Shown here piece by piece: positions 1 through 10,234 of a stretch of 64,000 bases of DNA. The notes beneath the pieces were generated by a model. It was not told where the DNA came from, did not search any database, and worked only from the letters and a program-made list of their open reading frames with translations. The stretch's first letter is position 1. Every line of letters starts with the position of its first letter. The DNA is taken from contig OZ244999.1 of assembly GCA_965223265.1 (NCBI GenBank), positions 2,432,001-2,496,000 of the forward strand, given 5' to 3'. The position numbers and the translations under genes are program-made. Source of the stretch: Planctomycetota bacterium. Its GTDB lineage: Bacteria; Planctomycetota; UBA8108; SXIK01.

Positions 1-10
1 TGGCTCACTC

Positions 11-487
11 TTGAACCACGCCGTTTTTAGCGGGGATGAAGCCCTCGTGAAGGTGCTCGTCAACGCAGGTGCTAGCGTGGTCGGTGGCGAAGAGGACCAA
101 AGCTCACTTCACCTCGCAGCCGAGGCTGGATCGATCGAGATCGTTCGGATTCTGTTGACCGGTTCCGACGTTTGCCTGAACAGTTTCGATGAGCTTGACT
201 ACACACCGCTTTGTTGGGCGGCGTACAACGGCGATGTCGAGATGGCGCGACTGTTCATCGAAGCAGGTGCCGACATCAACTGTCACAATGGACGTCGTGC
301 CGGGGAGACAGCTTTGAACGTTGCCGTGGAGAACAGTAAGGTCGATGTCGTCGCGCTACTTCTTCAGTTCGGTGCTAGCATCTCGGTTCCCGGGTGGATG
401 GGGAATACGGCAATGGACCGCGCCGAACGCTTGACTGGACCGAATGGCAAAAAGATTCGCGAAATGCTGGAGTCTCAATCTAGTTAG
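11..487 (+). CDS. Ankyrin-repeat protein, possibly 5'-truncated by the window edge; candidate immunity protein
   Basis: Repeated ankyrin motifs: SSLHLAAEAG, TPLCWAAYNG..GADIN, TALNVAVENS, GNTAMD. Confidence 0.85.
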   Translation: MNHAVFSGDEALVKVLVNAGASVVGGEEDQSSLHLAAEAGSIEIVRILLTGSDVCLNSFDELDYTPLCWAAYNGDVEMARLFIEAGADINCHNGRRAGETALNVAVENSKVDVVALLLQFGASISVPGWMGNTAMDRAERLTGPNGKKIREMLESQSS

Positions 488-623
488 ACTTCGAGCGACT
501 CCTCAGTGAAATCCAGTCCTCGCCGGAGCCCCAGGTTTGTTTTTGAACCGAAACTCCCAGACGAGGAAAAGCGGAGACCCAGGAGCGAAGATCGATTCCA
601 CTTGAACCCCGAGCCAAGACAAT

Positions 624-1219
624 ATGCACGAAGTCGAATACGTTGATGGATTGGAGGGCCCGGTTCTGGCCCATACTTGGGATCTTGGCGGATTGGCCTC
701 CGCGCTGCGTACTCGCTTGTGCGAGGCTGCTTCGTGGTGTCTTTTGGAATTGGGAGACGACCCGGACGATCCCGCGACTCTGTTTCGGTCGCCGGAATTG
801 AGGCCGCCACAGTCGGCAAATTGACGAGATCATGGGAGTGCGTTCCCTTGATTCGTGAATGCGTTGAGTATATCGCTCACATGCGATCGCGATGTCTTCG
901 TGACAGAAGAGTCGGGCAAGTGTCATTGGAGTTCGCATTACAGTCTGGTTGGATCCTAGGCCATGCCATTTCGCGTTGTACAGCTGACCACACAGCTCAC
1001 ACAGTTTCTCCTGTGTTCGACAGGTGGGACAACATTGGCTGGGATTGTTGGGTCATCTTTGGATCGACAACTGATCTCACGCCGCCACCGAGTGAATTCG
1101 ACTTCACACTGTCGTGGATGCCGAAAAAGATAGTCCCGCTGGTCGACGAGGCGATGTTTGGCCCTGATGATTGTCTCGTCTGGATTCCCCCGGAGCGCTT
1201 GTCGTTGACGTCGTCGTGA
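624..1219 (+). pseudogene. Frameshifted copy of the hypothetical (immunity-like) protein at 23977-24585
   Basis: Near-identical to 23977-24585. One G is missing between 810 and 811 (CCA CGA GTC in copy 2, CCA C-A GTC here), splitting it into ORFs 624-824 and 677-1219. Confidence 0.85.
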
Positions 1220-1285
1220 ATTCGCTTTTTTTTTACGAATCGTCTTTCAACGCGCGAGCTGCAGGGATGTCCGACTTGATTGAAG

Positions 1286-1894
1286 TCATCCGGGTATGAA
1301 CGGATCACCCTTCAGCCCGTGCTTGAGCGACTCATAGGTGCGTTGCAGCCGCCAATGGACGGTACTTCGGCTGATCTCCCGCTCCCGTGCAAACTTTGTG
1401 CGCTGCTGGTTGCGGTAGAACGTGGCGTCGAGAAGATCCCGGTCCATAGTGTCGAGACGCTCCTTGATCGCACGCTGTAGATCTCCGACGACTTCGAACA
1501 GCTGGCACAGATGATCAGGCTCGTGAAGGTTCGACGCGGGCAGCACTTCTCGAATCTTTTCCGACTGGCTGTAGGAGACTTCCGGCGGCCGCGGGGAGCG
1601 TCGGGAAGCGAACTCGACGCGGCGTCGATTGAACACGACGTGGCGGACGATCGACAGAATCAAACGTCTCATTGTTTTTTCGCACTGTGGCAGATTCAAA
1701 TCGCGGCGCCAAGCGACGATCAACGTCTCCTGAAAGAGATCGTCCACTTCGCAGCGTTTCAGTAGCGACCGCGACGCGCAGCGTGCAATGACGCGTCGGA
1801 TTTCATCTTCCACCGCGAGGATCATCTCAATCGATCCCACGCTGCCGTTGTGCTCCCTCCGCGCTCGGCGTCGACTCGACGTCGGAGTGCCCAT
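1286..1894 (-). CDS. ECF-type sigma-70 family RNA polymerase sigma factor
   Basis: Region 2 motif (VDDLFQETLIVAWR...IVRHVVFN) and region 4 HTH (FAREREISRSTVHWRLQR); GGGAG upstream of ATG at 1894. Confidence 0.8.
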   Translation of the reverse strand: MGTPTSSRRRARREHNGSVGSIEMILAVEDEIRRVIARCASRSLLKRCEVDDLFQETLIVAWRRDLNLPQCEKTMRRLILSIVRHVVFNRRRVEFASRRSPRPPEVSYSQSEKIREVLPASNLHEPDHLCQLFEVVGDLQRAIKERLDTMDRDLLDATFYRNQQRTKFAREREISRSTVHWRLQRTYESLKHGLKGDPFIPG

Positions 1895-2165
1895 GTCTTC
1901 TCCCCATCGTGGCTTGCTTGGTTTGCCCGTCATTCGATCCGTCGCTTGAGCACAATCTGCTCACTCGATCGACATCGAATCACCCAAAACGAAACGATAT
2001 GTTCGCTACCGCAGCGCGACTCCACCAGGAAACGAACGCTGCTGTTCAAGCGTGCCCACAGCTCGAGTTGATGGTTCCTCGTTCTCGATTTCACTAACCG
2101 TAGGGTGTGTCTGTGCGCTTCGCAAAAAAAAAATTGGAGGAGAATTTTTTCAAAAAACAGTGCGA

Positions 2166-2186
2166 CACATTTCGTATTTCGTACCT
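2166..2186 (+). promoter_or_regulatory. Putative bipartite regulatory motif CACATT-N8-CGTACCT upstream of gspD
   Basis: Same motif and spacing recur three times at 14792-14812, 15020-15040 and 15153-15173, upstream of the TPR-Rhs unit. Confidence 0.5.
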
Positions 2187-2401
2187 AGGAAAAGAGAGGG
2201 GAGAACAAAATTTCGGCTGCACAAGCATTAGCAGTTCAACGACCCACGGATTGTGAGTGGCATAGTCTATAATGCGTACGAGCGGCGGCTTCGTCGAGAT
2301 TGGTCTTTTTCGTAGCTGCTGATGGAGAAAGCGTTTCGATTGTATGAAATGACTCGGATTCAAGAGTTGCGGCACAGAGAATCAAGAACTGGAAACCCAT
2401 A

Positions 2402-4951
2402 GTGAGTCAACCATTCGTAGTTCATGATTTCAGGGCGCTCGCCATCTCTACCCGCGTCCTTCGCAAAGCTCCGGTGCAGAGCACGACCCCAAGTGAAGGC
2501 GGCATACGGGCGGCTCTACGATCCGCTAATGGGGCGAGGGTTGCGCCAATGGTGGCGTCGCATCCGGCAGCGCTGCGCTCGCAGCGACGCTGCTGCAGTC
2601 CGGTGCGCGGTCTCGTGATCGCCGCGGTCGCCGCCTTCGCCGTCGGGTATCCGAATACCTCTGTCCCTCAGGAGACGGACAGGGAACCAGAAGTTTCCGC
2701 CTCACCTGAGGATACGATCCAGCTCAATCTGCCCGGCGAAATTGAGCTCAAAGTCTTCGTCGACCTCGTGAGTCAGCAGCTCGGAGTGAGGATCCTCCAC
2801 GACGAACGTCTGAGCGGCAAGCGTCTGACGGTCAAAGCGCCGACCGACATCTCTAAGTCGTCGCTGCGCGGCATCTTGGAGAGTGCGCTGCGGATGAAGA
2901 ACCTCGCGTTAGTGGAGGCGGGGGAGCCCGGTTGGCTGAAGATCGTCGAGGCGCAGAACCTCGCAGCGGTTTCGAGTCCCGCGTCGAAGATGCCGGCAGA
3001 TCTCAGCACCGCCAACCCAGTGCGTGCTGTGACGCAGGTCTTTCAGCTCCGGCATGTTGCACCGTCCCGCGTGCAACAGGTGATCAAGCCATTCCTCTCA
3101 GACCGCGGCGACAACGCCATCAGCGTTGAGGAGCAGCGCATTCTCATCGTCACGGACTACGCCGGCAACATGAACCGCATCCAGGAGCTCGTCGATCTCG
3201 TCGATCGGAAGGCTCACACGGTCAGCGTCACCTTCATCGATGTCCAGCACCAAGCAGCGGCCGATGTTGCTGCAAATCTGACGGAAATCCTCGACGCCCA
3301 GCACAAAGCGGAAGGAGCGAGCGGCAAGCGGGAGGGCCTCGAGATTCTCAATCTGGAGCGCACGAATCAACTGATCGTGATTGCCGCACCGCCGATTCTG
3401 CAAGAGGTCGAGAGGCTTGCCAAGCAGGTCGACGTTCCGCTCGGACTTGAGACCAAGGTTTACCGATTCACGAGTGCCTCGGCAAAAGTCGTCGACCAGT
3501 TGCTGCGGAGCTTGGTGGCGCCACAGGCGCGCGATCGGTTGTATCAGGCCGCCGTCAACGAGCCCGCCAACAGTCTCGTCGTGACAACGACACCAGAGAT
3601 TCACGCACGTGTCGAGTCGATCAAGTCGAATCTGGATACGCAGCTGGCGAAGCGTGAGCGTTCGGTTCGTTTCTATAAACTCGCGAACGCGACAGCGGCA
3701 GAAGTTCTCTTTGCGATTCAAGCGATCGAAGGCGTCCAATCAAATGGAGTCGGGGGCGGACCCGGCTCAGGCCTCGGTCCCGGGAGTTCCTCGAGGCCAT
3801 CTCTGGATCCTATTGCTACGTCGCCAGTCGATCTGCCCGAAGGATTGACTCCCGAGCCACAAGTCCCCGCTGGACCGCCGTCCGATCAGGAAGCTGCGCC
3901 GCCGGACGCCGCGCCCCCGGGCGGCGCGCCGCTCGAGGAGACCTCTCTGCCGAATCGCACCGCGTCGTCGAGCCGTAGCGCGGTGGGCAGGTCAGGAAGT
4001 GCCCAAGGAGTCACCACCTCCCGCGGCCGGATCATCGCCGAGCCGAACACGAACAGCATTGTCGTCGTCGCTACGGACGAGGATCAAGAGATGTACGCAG
4101 AGCTGATCCGCAAGCTCGATCGTCGTCGTCCTCAGGTGCTCGTGGAGGTGACCCTCGTTACGCTCGACACGAGCGGCAGTTTCTCGCTCGGAGTGGAGCT
4201 CTCGCACGCCGACGAAGACGACGATGGGGACCCACGCGTTCTCAACTTCAGTTCGTTCGGACTGAGCGAAGTAGATCCAGCGACTGGACGACTGACGCTC
4301 GCGCCCGGCCTTGGATTCAATGGCGCGCTCATCAGCGAGGACATCGCCGACGGCGTCGTCCGCGCCTTGGCGACGAGCGGTCGGGCAAAAGTCACCTCGG
4401 CACCCAAGATCCTCGTCAACGACAACGCCTCAGGAACTCTCAATAGCGTCCAAGACGCGCCTTTTACCAGCGTCAACGCTTCGAATACGGTCGCGACGAC
4501 GAGCTTCGGCGGCTTTGAAAACGCCGGTACGACCATTTCGGTCACACCCCACATCTCCGAAGGAGAACACGTCAGGCTCGAGTACTCGATCACTCTGAGC
4601 ACCTTCACCGGAGATTCGGGTGACGGTATTCCGCCACCTCGGCAACGCAACGAAGTCGAGAGCGAAGTGACGATTCCCGATGGCCACACGATCGTCGTCG
4701 GTGGGCTGCACCGCTCTGATTTCAGTGAAACCATCACGAAGGTGCCAATCCTCGGCGACATCCCGATCCTTGGTTGGCTCTTCAGCAACCGATCGAAGAA
4801 CGACACCGCGTCGACGCTGTTTGTATTCATTCGGCCGGTGATCTTACGGCAAGACCAGTTCGAAGATCTGAAGTTCATTTCGTCCCTCGATCTCAGAGAA
4901 GCCGGAGTGGCGTCGAACTATCCTGCCAGTGAGCCAGTGCTGATCGATTGA
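2402..4951 (+). CDS. gspD: Type II secretion secretin (true start probably downstream of 2402)
   Basis: N0 and repeated N domains; secretin C-domain (RRPQVLVEV..., TKVPILGDIPILGWLF..LFVFIRPVI). Confidence 0.95.
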   Translation: MSQPFVVHDFRALAISTRVLRKAPVQSTTPSEGGIRAALRSANGARVAPMVASHPAALRSQRRCCSPVRGLVIAAVAAFAVGYPNTSVPQETDREPEVSASPEDTIQLNLPGEIELKVFVDLVSQQLGVRILHDERLSGKRLTVKAPTDISKSSLRGILESALRMKNLALVEAGEPGWLKIVEAQNLAAVSSPASKMPADLSTANPVRAVTQVFQLRHVAPSRVQQVIKPFLSDRGDNAISVEEQRILIVTDYAGNMNRIQELVDLVDRKAHTVSVTFIDVQHQAAADVAANLTEILDAQHKAEGASGKREGLEILNLERTNQLIVIAAPPILQEVERLAKQVDVPLGLETKVYRFTSASAKVVDQLLRSLVAPQARDRLYQAAVNEPANSLVVTTTPEIHARVESIKSNLDTQLAKRERSVRFYKLANATAAEVLFAIQAIEGVQSNGVGGGPGSGLGPGSSSRPSLDPIATSPVDLPEGLTPEPQVPAGPPSDQEAAPPDAAPPGGAPLEETSLPNRTASSSRSAVGRSGSAQGVTTSRGRIIAEPNTNSIVVVATDEDQEMYAELIRKLDRRRPQVLVEVTLVTLDTSGSFSLGVELSHADEDDDGDPRVLNFSSFGLSEVDPATGRLTLAPGLGFNGALISEDIADGVVRALATSGRAKVTSAPKILVNDNASGTLNSVQDAPFTSVNASNTVATTSFGGFENAGTTISVTPHISEGEHVRLEYSITLSTFTGDSGDGIPPPRQRNEVESEVTIPDGHTIVVGGLHRSDFSETITKVPILGDIPILGWLFSNRSKNDTASTLFVFIRPVILRQDQFEDLKFISSLDLREAGVASNYPASEPVLID

Positions 4952-4997
4952 ACGAAGGTCAACGGATGACACCAATGCACCTCAAGAGAGAGATCAC

Positions 4998-6869
4998 TTG
5001 CATGGGGCGATGGGTTCCATGAAGCACGAGCCAACGAAGCATGCCCGTTCGCCCCACGACGTGCGGTTGATCGCCCCGCCACGCTGCGACGTTGAGCGCC
5101 GCCGCGAACGTGCCGACATCATTGACCGCACGGCAGAGCTAGACTCGGTCGATCAAGCGGAGAATATAGGCTCCGCGTCGTCGACTCCATCGCCCGACTC
5201 GGACGCCGACTCCACGCCAGCGCGAGAGATCCCTGGTCTGCGCGCTGTCAATTCAAGCCTTGGCGAGCATGAGCTGACATCGATCGCTGATTCCGCGGTG
5301 TCCTTCTCGCGCTGGCAAGACGTCGCCGAGCGTCTTGGCGTCTCGAGTATTGATGACGTTTCGAATTGCGTCGCCGACCCACGATTTGTTAGCCGCATCT
5401 CCATCCAGTACGCGCGGCAGCACGGTGTTCTTGGAGTCGATCGCCAAGGCCAGGGCTTGACGCTTCTCACGGCGACGCTCGAAGACTTCGACGTCTTCGA
5501 CGTGCTGGCTCGTTACCTTGGCGTCACCGTGACGCCATGCCTCGCACCGCGGCGCGCCATCGAGCGAGCCATCAATCAAGCCTACGAGCAGAAGAGCGGA
5601 GAGACAGAGGAACTCATCGGCACCATCGACCGCGACTCCGTGCTCGGTGAGCTGAATCAAGTGACGACGCGCGAAGACTTGCTCGAAACTTCAAGTCGCG
5701 CTCCCGTGATCAAGCTCGTGAACCTTCTGCTCTTCGAGGCGGTCAAGACTTACGCTTCGGACGTTCATATTCAGCCCTACGAAGACACGCTCGCTGTCCG
5801 CATGCGGATCGATGGCGTTCTCTTCGACATGTTCACGGTGCCAAAGGCGATTCAAGAGGAGGTCGCTAGTCGCGTCAAGATCCTCGGCAACATGAACATT
5901 GCAGAGAAGAGACTGCCGCAAGACGGCCGGGCGACGGTCAAAGTCGGTGAACGCGTCATCGATTTGCGTCTGTCATCAGTGCCGACGAGTCATGGTGAAC
6001 GCATTGTCATTCGGCTACTCGATAAGAGCGCGCGGCTCTACACGCTCGAGGAGATCGGCATGGACGCCGACACGCTCACCGCGTTTCGCGAACTTATTCG
6101 CGTCGAGCACGGGCTCGTGCTCGTGACCGGACCGACTGGTAGCGGCAAATCGACGACGCTCTACGCCGCGCTCACTGAGATCAACAACCGTCAGGGCAAC
6201 ATTATCACGCTCGAAGATCCGATCGAGTACCAGCTCGAGGGCATCAGCCAGATTCAAATTGCATCCAAAAAGGGGATGACGTTTGCGAGTGGACTCCGGA
6301 GCGTTCTGCGGCAAGATCCCGACATCATCATGGTCGGGGAAATCCGCGACGAAGAGACCGCCGTCATGGCGATCCAGTCAGCGCTCACAGGGCATCTCGT
6401 CTTCTCCACGCTGCACACAAACGATGCGGCGAGTGCGGTGACCCGGCTCCTTGACCTTGGGATCGAGCCCTACCTCGTGGCCAGCTCCGTGATCGGAGTG
6501 CTCGCGCAGCGACTCGTACGGCGCATCTGTCCGAACTGCGCCGAAGCGTACGCGCCCTCGCGTCGCGAGAAGCAGCAGTTGGAGCTGACCGCCGAAGCGG
6601 TGAGCGGGGCCCGCGTGCAGGTGGGGCGTGGTTGTCGTCGGTGTCGCACGACCGGCTACCAAGGGCGCGTGGGGCTCTTTGAGCTTCTTCCCACCAGCGC
6701 TCGCATCCGTGAGCTCGTGAGCGCCCGCGCCACGGCAGCGGAGATCAAGGACGCCGCACTCGACGCCGGCATGCGCGCGCTCCGCGACGACGGTGTTGAG
6801 AAGGTTCTCCGCGGCGCCACGACGATTGAAGAGGTGAAGCGCGTCACCATCGCGAGAAGAGCATCGTAA
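4998..6869 (+). CDS. gspE: Type II secretion ATPase GspE/PulE
   Basis: ASDVHIQP, Walker A GPTGSGKSTT, TLEDPIEY, RQDPDIIMVGEIRD, CPNC/CRRC zinc motif. Confidence 0.97.
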   Translation: MHGAMGSMKHEPTKHARSPHDVRLIAPPRCDVERRRERADIIDRTAELDSVDQAENIGSASSTPSPDSDADSTPAREIPGLRAVNSSLGEHELTSIADSAVSFSRWQDVAERLGVSSIDDVSNCVADPRFVSRISIQYARQHGVLGVDRQGQGLTLLTATLEDFDVFDVLARYLGVTVTPCLAPRRAIERAINQAYEQKSGETEELIGTIDRDSVLGELNQVTTREDLLETSSRAPVIKLVNLLLFEAVKTYASDVHIQPYEDTLAVRMRIDGVLFDMFTVPKAIQEEVASRVKILGNMNIAEKRLPQDGRATVKVGERVIDLRLSSVPTSHGERIVIRLLDKSARLYTLEEIGMDADTLTAFRELIRVEHGLVLVTGPTGSGKSTTLYAALTEINNRQGNIITLEDPIEYQLEGISQIQIASKKGMTFASGLRSVLRQDPDIIMVGEIRDEETAVMAIQSALTGHLVFSTLHTNDAASAVTRLLDLGIEPYLVASSVIGVLAQRLVRRICPNCAEAYAPSRREKQQLELTAEAVSGARVQVGRGCRRCRTTGYQGRVGLFELLPTSARIRELVSARATAAEIKDAALDAGMRALRDDGVEKVLRGATTIEEVKRVTIARRAS

Positions 6870-6904
6870 ACGATTGGGATCGACAACCGACCGAGGCACG
6901 AGAC

Positions 6905-8107
6905 ATGGCCCTCTTTCATTACAGAGCTTTCGACGGCGGCATGGTCGAGGTCAGCGGCACGATCGTCGCCGACTCGCCACGCCATGCTCGGGACACCCTC
7001 CGCGGCAAGGGGTTTCTCGTCGAGCATGTCGAGCCACTCCGCGAGGTGCGGCGACGGGCCGCGAAGCTCGTCTCGCGAGCTCCAAACTCAGCCCGTCTGA
7101 CAGAGTTGATTCGGGAGCTTTCGACCCTCCTGGCGGTCGACATCCCGCTTCTCCAAGCTCTCGACACTGTGATTCAGCAGCAGCGCGGCCACTTTCGTGA
7201 CGTGCTCCTTCGCCTACGCGAGCGCGTTGCGGGCGGCGCCAGCTTAGCCGAGAGCATGCGAGCGGAACCGATCGTCTTTGACGACCTCACCGTCAATATC
7301 ACCGAGGTCGGCGAACGATCCGGGACGCTCGACGAGGTCCTCACGCGCCTCGCGGAATTCAAGGAGCGCGCGGGCATGCTCAAAGGCCGGATCGGGAACG
7401 CACTCATCTATCCAGCGATCGTTCTCTCTATGGCTTTTCTTATCGCTCTGCTCCTCATGACGTTCGTCGTCCCAAATATCCTCGAGCCGCTCGTCGAAGC
7501 CGGCGGCGAGTTACCGCTCGTCACGGAGGTGGTGAAGAGCATGAGCGATGTTTTGATCAACTACTGGTGGCTGTTGGTCGTGGCGGGCGGCTGGGCCGCG
7601 GCGACCGTCGTCTTCTTTCTTCGCAGCGAACGTGGCCGTCTTCTCTGGCACCGCCTGCAGCTTCGATTGCCAATGATCGGCGGCATGGTGCGGCGCCAGT
7701 CGATGGTTAGGATCGGCATGATCATCGCGACGCTCATGCGGAGCGGCATCGCATTTCTTGAGGCACTGCAGATCGCCAAGCGGTCGACCTCAAACCGGGT
7801 CATGCGAGCGGCTCTGGACGACTGTGAGACGGCGGTGACCGCGGGCCGTGACATCTCCGAAGCGCTCGACAAAACGGGGGCGTTTTCACCGACGGTCGTG
7901 CAGGTGTTCGCGGTGGGGCAGCAGTCCGGTCGACTGGAAGCGATGCTCGAGCGTCTCGCAGTCGACTATGACCAACAGCTTCAGAGTCAAGCGCAGAGAC
8001 TCACGGCGCTCCTCGAGCCGGTGATGATTCTGATCCTCGCGTTCGTGGTTGGGTTCATCGCGTTTGCCACCATCCTTCCAATTCTGGAGGCAGGAAATGT
8101 TTTATGA
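6905..8107 (+). CDS. gspF: Type II secretion inner-membrane platform protein GspF
   Basis: Two T2SSF domains (GERSGTLDEVL, GQQSGRLEAML, ALIYP, LEPVMIL). Confidence 0.95.
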   Translation: MALFHYRAFDGGMVEVSGTIVADSPRHARDTLRGKGFLVEHVEPLREVRRRAAKLVSRAPNSARLTELIRELSTLLAVDIPLLQALDTVIQQQRGHFRDVLLRLRERVAGGASLAESMRAEPIVFDDLTVNITEVGERSGTLDEVLTRLAEFKERAGMLKGRIGNALIYPAIVLSMAFLIALLLMTFVVPNILEPLVEAGGELPLVTEVVKSMSDVLINYWWLLVVAGGWAAATVVFFLRSERGRLLWHRLQLRLPMIGGMVRRQSMVRIGMIIATLMRSGIAFLEALQIAKRSTSNRVMRAALDDCETAVTAGRDISEALDKTGAFSPTVVQVFAVGQQSGRLEAMLERLAVDYDQQLQSQAQRLTALLEPVMILILAFVVGFIAFATILPILEAGNVL

Positions 8108-8555
8108 CAGCACCGTCCATCGTCGCCGGCGAGTGCTCGAGATTGGCGATGATTCGGGTCGTCGGCCGGCCGGCAGTGGCTTCTCTCTCATCGAGGTCAT
8201 GGTCGTCTTGGTGATCATCGCGCTTCTTGCCAGCATCGTTGGCATCAATGTCAAAAGTCACATCGACCGGGGCCGCCAGAAGAAGGCGCGCGCCGATATC
8301 TCGGTTTTGACCACGCAAGTCAAGCTCTTCTACGCCAACACTGGACGTTATCCCACGGCGAGCGAAGGGCTGCAGGTGCTTGTTCCGGAATACGTCGAGA
8401 CGCTGTCGAGAGATCCGTGGCGGAACGACTATCAGTACGAAATCCCTGGCCGCGGCGGCGCGTTCGACGTGATCTGCTTCGGCGCCGATGGACGTGAGGG
8501 CGGCGAGGAAAGCGCTCAGGACATCACCAACTGGGACCTCGACGAAGAGGGGTAG
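8097..8555 (+). CDS. gspG: Major pseudopilin GspG
   Basis: GFSLIEVMVV prepilin motif, GRYPT..GL..L, DPW.NDYQY, GADG.EGGE..DI.NW; GGAGG before ATG 8097. Confidence 0.95.
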   Translation: MFYDSTVHRRRRVLEIGDDSGRRPAGSGFSLIEVMVVLVIIALLASIVGINVKSHIDRGRQKKARADISVLTTQVKLFYANTGRYPTASEGLQVLVPEYVETLSRDPWRNDYQYEIPGRGGAFDVICFGADGREGGEESAQDITNWDLDEEG

Positions 8556-8563
8556 CTGCTGAC

Positions 8564-9082
8564 GTGAACGAACGAGGTTTTACTTTGATCGAAGTCGTCG
8601 CCGTGCTTGTTCTCACGGCGCTCCTCGCCGGCGGTGTCGCCGTCTCACTTCGCAGGGCGCTGTACAGCGTTCAGCTCCGAGACGTCATTGGTCGTCTTGT
8701 GGCGTTTGATGTCGAGCTGCGAGCGGCGGGCGTCGCGACGGGCGAACCGCAGGCGCTGCGGTACTCACTCGACGAGAACCGCGTGGCGCGTGTTCGTGAT
8801 CGTGACCGCGGCTCACGCGCGACTGTCGAGACGTACGCGTTGCCGCAGCGCTTCGACCTGCGGAAAGTGTGGCTCTCGGGTCACGGCGAGCGTCCGGTCA
8901 TCAGCGGCACCGAGACCATCGGAAGCTCGGCCGACGGACAGACGCCGTCCTATGCGGTCTCTGTCGCGGACGGCACCACAGGGCAGACGGCGACGCTCGT
9001 GTTCTCAGGGCTTTCAGGGCAAATCACAAGGCTGGACGATGAACAAAAGATCAGCGAGATCTTTCGACTCTTGGCGCGGTAG
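8564..9082 (+). CDS. Minor pseudopilin (GspH-like)
   Basis: RGFTLIEVVAVL prepilin motif; position after gspG. Confidence 0.8.
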   Translation: MNERGFTLIEVVAVLVLTALLAGGVAVSLRRALYSVQLRDVIGRLVAFDVELRAAGVATGEPQALRYSLDENRVARVRDRDRGSRATVETYALPQRFDLRKVWLSGHGERPVISGTETIGSSADGQTPSYAVSVADGTTGQTATLVFSGLSGQITRLDDEQKISEIFRLLAR

Positions 9083-9482
9083 TACCCTTGTCGAAGTGAT
9101 CGCCGGGCTCGGTTTGCTCGGGACGCTTCTCGTCGCTCTCGTTCTGGCGCGCTCCCGGCTGCTGGAGCAGAATGCGCTCGCGCAAAAAAAGATGGACGCC
9201 GCCGCCGTCGCCGAACGTCTGCTTGCGAGTTGGTGGACGAGCGGCGAGCCCATGCCACGAGAGGAGAGGGGTGAGGCGGATGGGCACCGCTGGCAGACGC
9301 GAGTTGTGTCGAACGATGCGCTGCGCGCCTGCGACGGAGAAATCCTTCGCCTCGAGCTGCTTGCGCAGACACCAGCACTCAGCGGTGACCCACTCGTGGC
9401 GGTGGAAATCGCCCTCCCGCGCCCCGAGGCGGACGCGAAAGACTCCAATGCAACTGGAGTGCGAACAGGAGTCGTTCGATGA
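9039..9482 (+). CDS. Minor pseudopilin (GspI-like)
   Basis: RGSTLVEVIAGL prepilin-like motif; ATG at 9039. Confidence 0.75.
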   Translation: MNKRSARSFDSWRGSTLVEVIAGLGLLGTLLVALVLARSRLLEQNALAQKKMDAAAVAERLLASWWTSGEPMPREERGEADGHRWQTRVVSNDALRACDGEILRLELLAQTPALSGDPLVAVEIALPRPEADAKDSNATGVRTGVVR

Positions 9483-10234
9483 GAAGAGCCGCACCGGGTT
9501 TCACACTCATCGAAGTCCTCCTAGCTGCAACCTTGAGCTTGCTCCTCCTCGCGGCGCTCATGCCGCTGGTCGGCTTGACGGCTCGCGATGCACGCGCTGC
9601 GCTCGAATCGAGTCAGAGGCGGGAGCCGCGCTGGGTGAGCGCCGCGGTGGAGGGGTTGCGGGCGGATCTTGAGAACGCGCGTCGGATGGCGGTGAGCCCC
9701 GGTGTGCTGCGTCTTCTGAGTTTTCGTAGCCTTGACGGTGAGTCGACGCGAAATGGTTCCCTGCGGGAGGAGCACGACCTGGTGTTCATCTCGTACGTCC
9801 GCCTGGCCGGCGGCTGGCTGGTGCGTTGGGAGCGTCGTGCGGGTGCGCAAGCGACTGGCGGTGATTTCATCGAGATTGTCGCTGGTGGTATTCGACACTT
9901 CCAGGTGAGCGATGCTGAACAGGAGGTCCTTCGTTCTGCAGACGGAGTCGCTAACGCGCGGCGCGCGAGCGGAACGCGCAGCGACGGCGGCCCTCTCTCA
10001 CGGCGGCGCGGTGGAACTCGAGGGGCGCTTGATCTACACGCCGACACATTCGCTGAACTGGACTCGTCGCCTGACGAGTGGCAGCCGATGCCAGACGCGC
10101 TTCTCGTGTGGCTTGAGTTCACACGCGACCGCGACGCAGCGAGCGGACGCGTGTCGGCGATGGCTCGTCGGCCTGGATCTCCTGAAGTCGAGTCCACACA
10201 TGTCGTCACCGAACACGTGATCGTTCTGAGGTGA
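9479..10234 (+). CDS. Minor pseudopilin (GspJ-like)
   Basis: PGFTLIEVLLA prepilin motif; ATGA overlap with the previous gene. Confidence 0.8.
   Translation: MRRAAPGFTLIEVLLAATLSLLLLAALMPLVGLTARDARAALESSQRREPRWVSAAVEGLRADLENARRMAVSPGVLRLLSFRSLDGESTRNGSLREEHDLVFISYVRLAGGWLVRWERRAGAQATGGDFIEIVAGGIRHFQVSDAEQEVLRSADGVANARRASGTRSDGGPLSRRRGGTRGALDLHADTFAELDSSPDEWQPMPDALLVWLEFTRDRDAASGRVSAMARRPGSPEVESTHVVTEHVIVLR

Noticed and set aside
2124-2133. Phase-variable poly-A tract (A10) upstream of gspD
   Set aside because: Could simply be an AT-rich upstream promoter element; no evidence of length variation from one sequence
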